Shown here one piece after another: positions 12,813-24,468 of a DNA stretch of 64,000 nucleotides. Under the pieces are notes generated by a model that worked only from the letters and a program-made list of their open reading frames with translations, did not search any database and was not told the DNA's origin. Position 1 is the first letter of the stretch, and every line of letters starts with the position of its first letter. This stretch comes from Paraphysomonas bandaiensis (Eukaryota > Protista > Chrysophyceae): positions 1-64,000 of the forward strand of contig CBFFRP010000451.1 in NCBI GenBank assembly GCA_965644295.1, read 5' to 3'. The position numbers and the translations under genes were made by a program.

Positions 12813-13062
12813 TTGTTGAGTTTTGCTGTTGGAGCAATTAAAAGCTGTAATTCTAAGGTATTGGAATTATGACGGTAAGTCGAAGAATACAGTAGTGGTT
12901 AACGGTTAACAGTATTATGAGAACTAACAACATGATAGCTACTGTAGTACTGAAACTGAATATAATATAGTGATCATACAAGATAGTGACGATGTAAGAT
13001 CGTACGAGAAATTCTTGGTCGTAGAGATAACATGAAATTGATGAATGAGAAGGCATATTGAC
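12813..13062 (-). repeat. Dispersed repeat family B
   Basis: The reverse complement aligns with 62940-63187 (e.g. GTACGATCTTACATC, TTTTAATTGCTC..AACAGCA.AACTCAAC). A shorter piece lies at ~55940-55972 and a weak one at ~21280-21415. Confidence 0.7.
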
Positions 13063-13412
13063 TATAATAACTGCGCCGAACTACGTAGCACGTGTTGGTG
13101 CACACAAATTAGTCACTTTTTGACAATTGGGACAGACAACAGACACTAGCTATATCCATACAGATATGTGACTAGTAGGTGCAATAAACAATAAACACTC
13201 TATCTCTACCGGCTCAGTTCAAAATATCTACCTCACCACTGCCGTCTCACTTCGACAGCATATATGCTACGCTTGAAAGCATATAGTGAAAGCACGACAA
13301 TAGAAATATATTTTAATAAATAATCAAGTTGACTTATTCATGAACAAATCTTAACCGTATCATTATAGTAAGTATTTTTTCACATAAAGTGATACGACTT
13401 CAACACATACAC

Positions 13413-14929
13413 CTACGACTGCTCTCCAGTACCTTTCCTTGCCACGAAAAATTTTGCCCTATAAGTGTTCCAAAGCATTGAATTCTTGGCACGAGTATAC
13501 GTGCAATCCTTCCAGTCTTCCTTAAGGATTTCGAATCCGTTATAACAAATGACGTGGTGTAACTCTTCCCAGCTTAGCTGTATACAGTAGTGCATTACAA
13601 AAGTAATAAGCTTGTAACGATAGTATGAAATTATATTTAACACATTTGATACCTCAACAGACTGAGAATAGCGCTCATCCTCTGGCATCCCGCTAGCTAC
13701 ACCAGGATCAGATGATGCCTGTGGGCTCATAAAATACGGGACATATGTCGAGTTACACAGAGCTCACCCAGTGGTATAGTAGAGGGCCGATGTTGATCCA
13801 GTAACCTCCAGGTCGAAGTGCACTCTTGATTGTCTTTATATAGCTGAATACACAAGACACATAAATATTAGTACACAATTTAAATACATCGTTGAGTATA
13901 TATGTTACAAGTCCCTACATATGCACGATGTACACTACTTACTCCATCACTACAGGGGCTGTATCCACAAAGAAGCAAGTGACAATACAGTCCCACTCTC
14001 CAGCGTTGCTCTCATTTCCGTAAACTTCAACAAAATTGCCTGCAGCCATTGAAAACCTAGGGCCATCTGAAGGGTCATTAGAAGCACCAACACTCTCAGG
14101 ATCGGCACTGTTAAGGACGTCTAACGCAGACACATCTGGTATGCTGATAGGTGTGAGGATATCGGAGATACTGACGATATTGCTCACTCTGCACACAAAA
14201 TATTAAAATGAAAGTGTAACATGTATTACTCCACCTATCTAGCCAAGGGAATATATGACAGTAGTTCGGTTCCGACACACCATTCAGAATGAAATGACTA
14301 ACAGTTAACATAAACATGCTGTACTCGTTAGCCTCACAAGCATAACCCAATGCAGCAATTTCGAGAGGCAGTCGAGCAAGACCACACCCAGGAACAAGCA
14401 CACGCTGCTGATGTCTGTTCTCCTTCGTTACCGGAAGGAACTCTTGGATAGCATCTAGAATAGGATTAAATGCGGCAGCACGCTCTTCAGCACCTTCCAC
14501 ACTCCATTCTCTCGCCAAACTGTGCAGGACAGCCTGGTTTCTATGCATTTGACTAATATGAATAGGGTTACCAGCATATTTATCAACACGAAAATGTTTA
14601 GGACGAGGTGCAAAATTATAATCTTGAAAATCAACAACATCCTCAAAAAACATCTGATTTTGTTTGGCCGCATCAACTAAATCGTTGATTTTATTGAATG
14701 TACTATCAGGGAGTGCATTCGCATATTCAACTGGAAGACGATTTAAATGCGTTTGTCTTTTGCGTATATCCATCCCTATAAATTCTTCGTACATAAGGAA
14801 TGTACGCATGACGTCATACCAGTGAGCTTTCTCGAGTTGCTCTTCACTGATACCAACACTATCTGTAGGGGGATTATCATGCTTCTCGTGACATTTGTGA
14901 GGTGATGAATGGTCATGAAAATCACTCAT
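13413..14929 (-). CDS. CARNMT1: Carnosine N-methyltransferase (N2227-like), multi-exon
   Basis: [78 protein letters not shown]. Confidence 0.9.
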
Positions 14930-15490
14930 TGTTATTGGTAAACAAGGTGTGGATAGTTAGTTAAGTGTTATTGTATGTGTATGTGTATGTGTGTGTATAT
15001 GTGGCCATCTGAAAGGTGTGGACCTTAACCGACACAGCTATACACTGTATACGTCCATCATATACGTCCACATACTAGATACGTCCACTCATGTTATGTA
15101 TTGACGTACACCGGTACACTCATACACTGCTGTAGAGGTACACTCATACTTCGTATATAGGTACAGACTACATACATTATTACTCTGTACTCATTTACAC
15201 AGTACGTGGACACTATTACGCAGTATAGGTGTACATCCAACGTCGTATCAGTTCCTACACTACGATCAGTACATCGTACTCTAGTACTGCTGTATATGTA
15301 CTACAGATATGGAGTATATACATGTAGGTACACATATATCTATACAGACACATCATATCTACAGCAGTCTCAGTGTCCACATCTATATCTATGCTATCTG
15401 TCGGAGGTTAGCATGCCTATTAATTCTCCAATGGGAGTAGTAGCATATAGAAGGCGCAGTGCAATCCTATACCTGTATACTACTGATATA

Positions 15491-15524
<34 letters not shown>

Positions 15525-16177
15525 TCATGTGATGTCAGTTACAGGGATCACTGCGGCAGAGTTCAGCTGCCTTGTCCCCTTTTCTAGTTTGCCAATAGAA
15601 GAATATATAGGAAGATGATGTGCAGAGTTATTCGCAGTATGCCCGATAGAGGAGTTAGTAGTGTTATGTCTTTTATAATTTCAGTCTTTTCTTATATTTA
15701 TATTCAGTACTTAATTTTATATTTAACCAGAATTTTCATCTATGTATTTATGGTATTCATCTAGCCATCAATTAATGGTGGTGAATGTCTGTTTATTAGC
15801 AATAGGCGCTCAAGAGTCAGAACCAGTTTGTAGATAGATGAACAATCTAGTCTAATAGCTAGATAAGCATCTACCTTTGCTTTATTGACCAGTGCAAACT
15901 CTGATGCGCTACGACAACTACAGTACATCAATTAATGAATGCAGATATAGAATTATTTATTACTTTGCCTGGTTTTTACACCAAAATTAGTGTGACGAGC
16001 TAGGTTGAATATTATTTCCCTATATACAGTATTGGTAAAAGACAGATGAAGAATAAAGAGTCATAAAACGCACATTTCATGAATAAATATGATTGCTTGG
16101 TTACTTAGAGTGATTAGAGTGGAGGCAAGATTTTTATGTATATATCTCGAATGCTTAATTATATTTGATTATGGAAA

Positions 16178-17326
16178 CTAATGATTAGTCGCAGCACGGT
16201 CTACATCATGCATACTTTGATACAATACTTCGTGTGTGACATCGGTGGCCTCATTGTGTGTAAACCATTGATCAAGTGCGGCTGCTGTCACAACGTTTAC
16301 TGACCGCTCATCTGACAAGTCTACCCCTATCATGCTGTATGAGTAAGGAAGCCCGACATGCTTACAGAAACCCATAACACGTAAAAGCTCAGAAACGTCT
16401 TTTTGTAATGCGAGCATTGTCAGTAGCCCAACTGCAACCATCTCTCCATGCATGAACTTTTTCTCTACTTCCGGTAGAACTGTTAGGGCTTGTGCCACTC
16501 CATGCGCTGCAGACAGGCCTCCACTTTCAAACCCTACTCCACTGAGAAGTGTACAAGCTTCAACCACACTTTCAAAGGCTTGAGTTGACCGGTGCTCTGT
16601 ACAAGCCTGTAGAGCTTCCACGCCATGGTCGTAGAGAATATCTGCACACAATCTTGCCAGAGACATTGCCGCCAAAGTTGGCTTGGCACCAAGCATTGAA
16701 AGACGGTTACTGGAGTAGCAAGTGCGCGCCTCGTAGTACGTTGCCATAGCGTCTCCCATACCAGATACTAGGTATCTCACAGGTGCCTGGCATATAATTG
16801 CAGTATCAACCACCACCATACAAGGGCTAAAAGGATAAGCTAGACCACCTGCGTAGGTATGTTCATCGGTATACATAATAGACAGTGCGGAACACGGACA
16901 ATCATTGGAAGCAATGGACGGTATAGATACAAATGGCACACCGATTTTATGTGCGACAAGTTTCCCACAGTCCAATAGCTTACCTCCCCCTATCCCTACA
17001 AGGACATCTACTGATACAGGAACCATAGTAACCAAGCGATCTGCTTCAGAGTATGAACATTCACCAGAGAATACATGAAATGTGGAGGTATAGTCAGCTA
17101 TGGCTTGTTTTAATATGTGTTTATATCTATTGACCCCTCCGGATGATATGATCACTGCTACAGCTGTTGGATTCCGCTCACAGAGTTTGAGGTACTTGCC
17201 AAGACTGTGAATAACATCAGGACCTTGAATATATTTAGGTGGAGAGAATAATACTTTTGGTTGAGGGTGTTGTGAGGGATCGAATATATCTGAGTGACTG
17301 TATGTATGATTACTCTGTGACTGCAT
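16178..17326 (-). CDS. gldA: Glycerol dehydrogenase, GldA type (family III metal-dependent ADH), 382 aa, intronless
   Basis: SPPKYIQG, GIGGGKLLDCGK, PSIASNDCPCSALS, GMGDAMATYYEA, LLSGVGFESGGLSAAH, HGEMVA. Confidence 0.9.
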   Translation of the reverse strand: MQSQSNHTYSHSDIFDPSQHPQPKVLFSPPKYIQGPDVIHSLGKYLKLCERNPTAVAVIISSGGVNRYKHILKQAIADYTSTFHVFSGECSYSEADRLVTMVPVSVDVLVGIGGGKLLDCGKLVAHKIGVPFVSIPSIASNDCPCSALSIMYTDEHTYAGGLAYPFSPCMVVVDTAIICQAPVRYLVSGMGDAMATYYEARTCYSSNRLSMLGAKPTLAAMSLARLCADILYDHGVEALQACTEHRSTQAFESVVEACTLLSGVGFESGGLSAAHGVAQALTVLPEVEKKFMHGEMVAVGLLTMLALQKDVSELLRVMGFCKHVGLPYSYSMIGVDLSDERSVNVVTAAALDQWFTHNEATDVTHEVLYQSMHDVDRAATNH

Positions 17327-17873
17327 TATATACGATGGATTAGATTATAGTTATATACAGTGAAAGTGAAGGATATGATTTGATATGATTGGTTACTATC
17401 TCACTTCTTTTGATGAGAAGAGTATTTGAAAATACACACACTTTAATTGATTCACTTCACTTCATCTTCCTTTATATCTACATGGAGTGCATGCATACAT
17501 ACATATACATATCTAGCTAGACATTCAACTTCAAGCAACTCTATATTAATGGGACAAACAGGCCGTCCATTCCTCACACAGGAAATACCTCCGTATACCA
17601 CAGTATACTCCACTATCCCTCCCATGCCTACCGGGAAAGAGTTGCAGTGTAGAATGAAGTCGAAGTGAATTTCAAACCATTAATTTTAGTGTCATTCGAT
17701 TCCATTCGATTCGATGCATCCCAACATACGCATATATACATACATACAGCCACACTATTACTTGGATTGATTGCCATAAGTGCCATATATCCACTACAGC
17801 AAAGCTATCGGTGCTTTGCCTCACATATTCTCATAATTGTTGATTCATCTTGAATTGAATCACTTCAGTCGTT

Positions 17874-20407
17874 ATGGTATGATTGTTATTGTCTTGATAT
17901 TCATGTCTAACTGGGAATCTAGTTATCAATTGAGTCCACATCTGGTTTGATTCTTATTTGCTCTGGGATCGGTCTTCTTTGGGCCTTTCTTCAGTTTACC
18001 TATATTGCCGTTACTAAGTAAGGGCCTCTCTGTGTCTGTGTGTGTCTGTATGTGTATAAGTGGAGAGATCTGTATGTATGTATGTATGTATGTATGTATG
18101 TATGTATGTGTGTAAATATGCGTCTGTCTGTATATATATGTATGTATGTATGTGTAGTAACATGAATATATCTATAGGGTGAATGCATATGAAGAGATCG
18201 ATGAGAGAACTGCTCTCACTGCAAAGACTTCCCGTACCGTAGAGGCTCAGACAGCTAAATTGAAGGAAGTTTATGAGGCGATATCTGCTGGTGCTGAAGC
18301 TTTCCTGCGAGCGGAATATAGCATCTGCTGTATGTTTGTTGCAGTATTTTCTGTCATCATCTTCATTTTGATCTCATGGGGACAAAATGCCGGTGAGGGA
18401 TTTCTCACCACCCTCTCATTTATCCTTGGTGCTGTTACCTCCATTGCATCTGGATATATCGGAATGAAGGTTGCTGTTTTCTCTAATGTTCGTACTACTA
18501 TCAATGCACAGAGAGAAGGTTACCAGCATTGCTTCAACACTGCTTTCCGTGCTGGTGCTGTTATGGGATTTGCCCTTACCGGACTTGGTATTCTTGTTTT
18601 GTATGCCACCCTCATGATCTTCTACATTGGGTTCGAGCAGGAAAACTGGGATGTCATGATGGGATGCATCTCTGGATATGGCCTCGGCGGGTCATCGATC
18701 GCCATGTTTGGACGTGTCGGTGGTGGCATCTACACCAAGGCTGCTGATGTTGGAGCTGATCTTGTCGGAAAAGTTGTTCACGGCATCCCTGAGGATGATC
18801 CCCGCAACCCTGCAACCATTGCCGATAACGGTGAGACTAATTTGTATTTCATTTCCCATTACGGGAATGAAAGAATATGTTTTTGAAGTCGACTAATATT
18901 ATTTTATTCAGTTGGTGACAATGTCGGAGATGTTGCCGGTATGGGGGCCGATCTTTTCGGATCCTTTGCGGAGTCTACTTGCGCCGCTCTTGTCATTGCC
19001 TCTCAGACTAACGACCTCCGAAACGGTGGCTGGGGTGCTGTTTGCTTCCCAATTGCTATTTCTGCCCTTGGTGTCGTGGTATGTCTGGTGACCTCTTTCT
19101 TGGCAACACACGTCTACCCCGTTACCAGCATGAACAAGATTGAGCTTGCCCTGCGTCTGCAGATCATCGTGTCAACCATTCTTATGATTCCCGCTACCTA
19201 CCTCCTTGCCTCTGGTATGCTCCCTGAGAGCTTTGTTATCAATGGTGTCTCCTCTGTTGTACAGGCCACATACTCGGATGCTTTCATCTGTGTTGTTGCT
19301 GGCGGTGTTGGAGGTTTGATTATTGGCCTAACCACAGAGTACTACACATCGAAGGAGTATGAGCCCGTAAAAGAGCTCGCCAACTCATGCAAGACTGGTG
19401 CTGCTACAAATATTATCTACGGTCTTTCCCTTGGCTACAAGTCTGTTATTGTTCCGGTTTTTGTGATGGCACTGATTGTCTACATCGCCTTTGATCTGTG
19501 CGATTTGTACGGAATTGCCCTCGCCGCTGTTGGTATGCTTGGAAACCTCGCCACTGGCCTCACAATTGACGCATATGGTCCTGTTTGCGACAATGCCGGT
19601 GGAATTGCTGAGATGGCTGAACTCCCTGGAGAGGTGAGGGAGAAAACTGATGCTCTTGATGCTGCTGGAAACACTACTGCTGCTGTTGGAAAGGGCTTTG
19701 CTATTGGGTCTGCTGCCCTTGTCTCTCTGGCTCTCTATGGAGCCTTCGTTGTGCGCATCCGCCAGGCACTCAGTGCAGGAGGTGAAGAGGCCAGCATTTC
19801 TGTCGAGATTCTGCACCCTCTCACATTTGCTTTCCTTCTTATCGGATCTATGCTTCCCTACTGGTTCTCCGCTATGACTATGAAGTCTGTTGGGGAGGCC
19901 GCCATGGAGATGGTCCGTGAGGTCGAGAGACAGTTCAAGGAGACACCTGAACTCTTGGATGAAAATACCACTATCCGCCCAGACTACGACAGATGTGTTG
20001 AAATTTCTACCAAGTCAGCTCTCAAGGAGATGATTGCTCCTGGAGCCCTGGTCATGCTTGCTCCTTTGATTACAGGCACTTTCTTCGGTGTCCATGCAGT
20101 GTACGGCCTTCTGACCGGCGGTCTTCTATCTGGTGTCCAGCTTGCTATCTCCATGTCTAATACTGGAGGTGCCTGGGATAACGCCAAGAAGTACATTGAG
20201 GGCAACATCGACTCTTCTCTAGGCGGAAAGGGTTCTGACTGCCACAAGGCGGCTGTGGTTGGAGACACAGTCGGAGACCCTCTTAAAGACACCTCTGGCC
20301 CATCTCTTAACATCCTCATGAAGCTCATGGCTATTATCAGTCTTGTCTTTGCTGACTACTTCTTCGCCATCAATGCTGGCCGTGGTCTCTTGGGCCTCAC
20401 TCAGTAA
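17874..20407 (+). CDS. Vacuolar-type H+-translocating pyrophosphatase, K+-stimulated type
   Basis: [54 protein letters not shown] (Ala marks the K+-dependent class), [29 protein letters not shown]. Introns at 17877-17922, ~18018-18177 and ~18831-18911. Confidence 0.95.
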
Positions 20408-21774
20408 TTCGAGCCACGGGCTGCCGGTTATTTCAGAATACAACGCAGGATTTTTATCCAAGTGTTCTGTGTACAACAGTTGCGGGATTTTTTAAACTTG
20501 AATCGTAGGCACACGTGTCAAAGGGTTTATACCGTGAGAGTGGAATTGGCTATTAATAATCCATTTTTGAAAAAAAACATGCAAGTGCTTACCTTAGCTA
20601 GTTTTTTTACACTACATTTAGAATAGTGGTAATTTTTCATGCAAGTTGACAATGTACGTACATATAAGAATTGCTGGCGGATGAGTGTAGGTCTAGAGTC
20701 TACATGTAGAAAAAGATACGTGATCGTCATCATAACGATCGTCATTATCAGCTATACTCTAACTATTCCGTTGTGTGTGATAGTGATGTTCTGCATTCTG
20801 CATTATTACTGTGTTCATCACTTTACATTATAATAATCACAACACTCTTCTCACTATTATATTACTAAGCTTGAATCTACAATACGCCCAGTTGACAATC
20901 AGGCAATCCGGTGCCTTGTTATGACTTCGTCGAACAATGTAAGAACATCGTGGAGATCGAGCTGATGTTCAACTTCATTCTGTAGTTTTATTCAAACACA
21001 CTAAAAGAATTTCAAATCGTCCCGTAATAGCTGCCCTATAACTAGGTAATTGATAATTAATTGTTACGCAGCCCTGATGAGTGGTGGTTAAAGAGTAAAA
21101 GCGTAATTGATAATATAACAGACTGAAAGAATCATGCTTCACATGTAATTATGTTTATTATTATTAGTGCATATTGTCCGATGGAAAATATCAATGTTTT
21201 TTACAATATTAACCTTTGACAATTTGATGATGAAATAAAATCACTCAATCATTAAAATTATAACCATCATCTACTCTCTTATCATACATTGCATTCATCA
21301 TTCACCGAATTTATATTCTATCAACTACCAATATCAAAATCATACGATCTTATACAATCAATATTAGAATGTCTGATTATTACATGAGAACGGTTGTGTT
21401 TAGAAACTAGTTTTTCATCTATAGACTAACTAATAATAACTGGACTTGCTATATATATATACTACTAGTGGTGGATCAACCGTCCCTTGTAGTGAGGTTA
21501 GTCGGGGGTTCTACCTTTGGGCAATGTCTCTGGCGGACCTGTGCCACGGACTATGTGAGGAGTGGATGGGGCGACATGTAGGTGAGAGTGTAAGTCGGTG
21601 GTGGAGATGGTGCTGGTTTTCGAGGTGGGGATGATGCGGCCACAAGTGAGGATGAGTTGTTTCCGGATTGGTTGCCCTTGCCTCTGTCGGGTTTGGACTC
21701 TTGTGGTGGATAGAATTCTAGGGGTGGTTATACAATCGAAGTATTTCAGTTTTCTAAATCTACTTATTCATATA

Positions 21775-21963
21775 TTGAAAGTCTTATTATTAGCAATAGG
21801 CGTTAAAAACCTGCACCAACTTAGTAGCTAGATGAATGCTAGTCAAACTAGTTAGACCTCTACCCGTAACTAATCAGTACACACTTTGTTTATCCTACTA
21901 TTTAACGCTGCGAAAGCTGCTTGTGCGTCGCCGCAAGCACCAAGGTGCGACCACTTCCGCTCT
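21775..21963 (+). repeat. Dispersed repeat family C
   Basis: Shares ACCTGCACCAA...CTAGTTAGACCTCTACCCGTA...GCTTGTGCGTCGCCGCAAGCACCAAGGTGCGACCACTTCCG with 38432-38625. A diverged partial copy lies at ~15792-15895. Confidence 0.85.
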
Positions 21964-23845
21964 GAGTTCTTAAAAGGTGAACATCCCGGATGCTTGACTT
22001 CAGCAGGCAGCCCAATACCCCGGTTACCCTTGAGGTGGGCCCATTCCCGGATGCCTGTTTATTCGTCAGGGCCCAAAGACGTCTACACAAGTGACACTTA
22101 TTAGTGTCCCTTGTACCACACAAGCATTTGGCTATGAGTGGTCAGAAGAATATCTGCTGACTATGTTTGCGGCTCACGTTAGTTTCCCAGAGAGAGTTTC
22201 TCCGGTACTTATCCCCCAGAACACCACGAAAAGGTGCGAGTCAGACTTTGTTGAGGGTACTTATTCATATAAAGCACTGTTGTAAACGACTGCATTCTAC
22301 ACCTTCCTAACGGTAATAATTCGATTAGAGTTATTTTTGATAGCAACTACTGTTATATTGAATGTCAGATTATTAAGAAGCGCAAGCTTGTGCGTTGCCG
22401 CGACCAACCTAAAACAACTCGCGCGACACTATGCATAACATGACTCTCATCTAGTTACTATTTCATGCACCGACAAGTGCTCAACTATACAACACGATTT
22501 AGTTAGCTACATGGGCATACGACGAGTTGCGTGTTTAAGCCGGATCATACGCTCCTGCCCAATCTACTTGTCCTAAAACAAACAACTTGCGGTCGGTGTC
22601 TTCGGCATATGTCTCCTGTATATGCGGCAGATCTTCAGGGCCCTCTTCAAGGTGGTGTTCACAGCAGCAGGTAGTCTGGAAGGGAGAATAAAGTAGCTCT
22701 AGCGCCGGGTCCTCCCACGGTCTCACTGGTGCAATTTTCACACTGACGCATGAAACAGACATCTACCAAAATTCAAGCTGACTCCAATGTCTTCCCTCCA
22801 TTGTGTGCACTTGTCCAGCACATGCATCCACCTTGCACTCTTCTCCCGAGTGACTTACACTAGTAGGAAACCAAGACTAGGCAGTAGACGTGTGAGAAGA
22901 CATGACAGGTCTACTAATCACATCATTGCCATTATTGCCATGCATCCATGAGGAAAGTTTGACGCATTACCTCGGTCATTGGCCACACAGATACCGCATA
23001 ATGTGAACTCATACTCAGCATCAATCACTCAAAGCAAACGCAGGGAGCAAACAGAATGTTGATATACCTGACATCTGCTGACTTCAGGTTTTTTGAGTTC
23101 TTAAGGTGAACATCCCGGATACTTAACTTCAGCAGGCAGCCCAATACCCCGGTTACCCTTCGGTGGGCCCTGTCCCGGATGCCCTTGAGGTGGGCCCATT
23201 CCCGGATGCCTGTTTATTCGTCAGGGCCCAAAGACGTCTACACAAGTGACACTTGTTAGTGTCCCTTGTACCACACAAGCATTTGGCTATGAGTGGGCAG
23301 AACAATATATCTGCTGACTATATATGCGGCTCACGTTAGTTTCCCAGAGAAATATCTCCGGTACTTATCCCCCAGAACACCACGAAAAGGTGCGAGTCCG
23401 ACTTTGTTGAGGGGCAACTACTGTTAACACACAATAATTAGAGGGTAGTTGGGTGCCGTAGTGATATGTGATTGGAATTCACAAATGTTCATGAGTTAAC
23501 AATTTTGCAGATACAGGCAGTTCACTGAGCTCTGTAAGCACCACTCTCAATATTCACCGTCAGCAGAGAGTCGCACTCGCACCTTTTCGTAATGTTCTAG
23601 GGGATAATAACTCTATATAGTCAGCAGATATTCTTCTCCCACTCATAGCAGAATGCTTGTGTAGACGTCTTTGGGCCTTGAAACAGGAATCCGGGAATGG
23701 GCCCACCTCAAGGGCATCCGGGGTATTGGGCTGCCTGCTTAAGTTAAGCATCCGGGAATGGGTTGTTTGCCATCTTATAAGAACTCAAAAATCCTGAAGC
23801 CAGCAGATGTCAGGTATATCAATATTCTGCTTACTCACTGCGTGA
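21963..23845. repeat. Three copies of a GC-rich ~300-370-bp repeat D: two direct (21963-22257, 23044-23413) and one inverted (23561-23845)
   Basis: Shared CATCCCGGAT...GCAGGCAGCCCAATACCCCGG...GGCCCAAAGACGTCTACACAAG...ACGAAAAGGTGCGAGT. The third copy is the reverse complement with internal deletions. Confidence 0.9.
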
Positions 23846-24468
23846 TTGAGCAAAAGTGGTTGCACCTTGGTGCAATTTTCATCATTCATTGCACTTTGTA
23901 CTTTGTACCACTGATTGTATTTTGTTATAATAAATCGATAATATATAATCTTAAACAGTCACGATCTTACACAATCTGAAATAGAGTTGTTAGCTTCTTC
24001 TGTAATTAAAACACAGTGAACTATAACATTTACTCTCCCAATTTTTACATAAGACTCATATATATATATATATTCGATTATATATTATGTAAACATTATT
24101 ATTACCGTACTCGACAAAGAATAGCAAATATCAAATATAGTGTTCAGGAATATTATAGATATTCTGGCTCTGTGTATAGTGTATAGCACGAATTGGACCA
24201 ATATACCACTGTACATTATACTGTTGCTATTAGCTATCTGGCCATGTTTGCATGCACTTGTGTACAACAAAATAATCGAAGTCATCAAACAAATCTATGA
24301 AATCATGTTTGGCTTCCATGATACGATGCCAAATTGCGTTGTCTTACACACATAGATCAGATCTGAGACAAATCATATTGAAACTATAATTAGCCATTAT
24401 CATATAGTTGCTGTGGGAAAAGTGGCTAACAAAGAAAATGTCACTTAACTCTCAACTAATCTGGGCAT

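Noticed and set aside
22030-22080. Hammerhead ribozyme on the minus strand of repeat D (TGGGCC-CTGACGA-ATAAAC...GGCCCA)
   Set aside because: CUGANGA and a stem I are present, but there is no stem II, GAAA is TAAA, and there is no valid NUH cleavage triplet.
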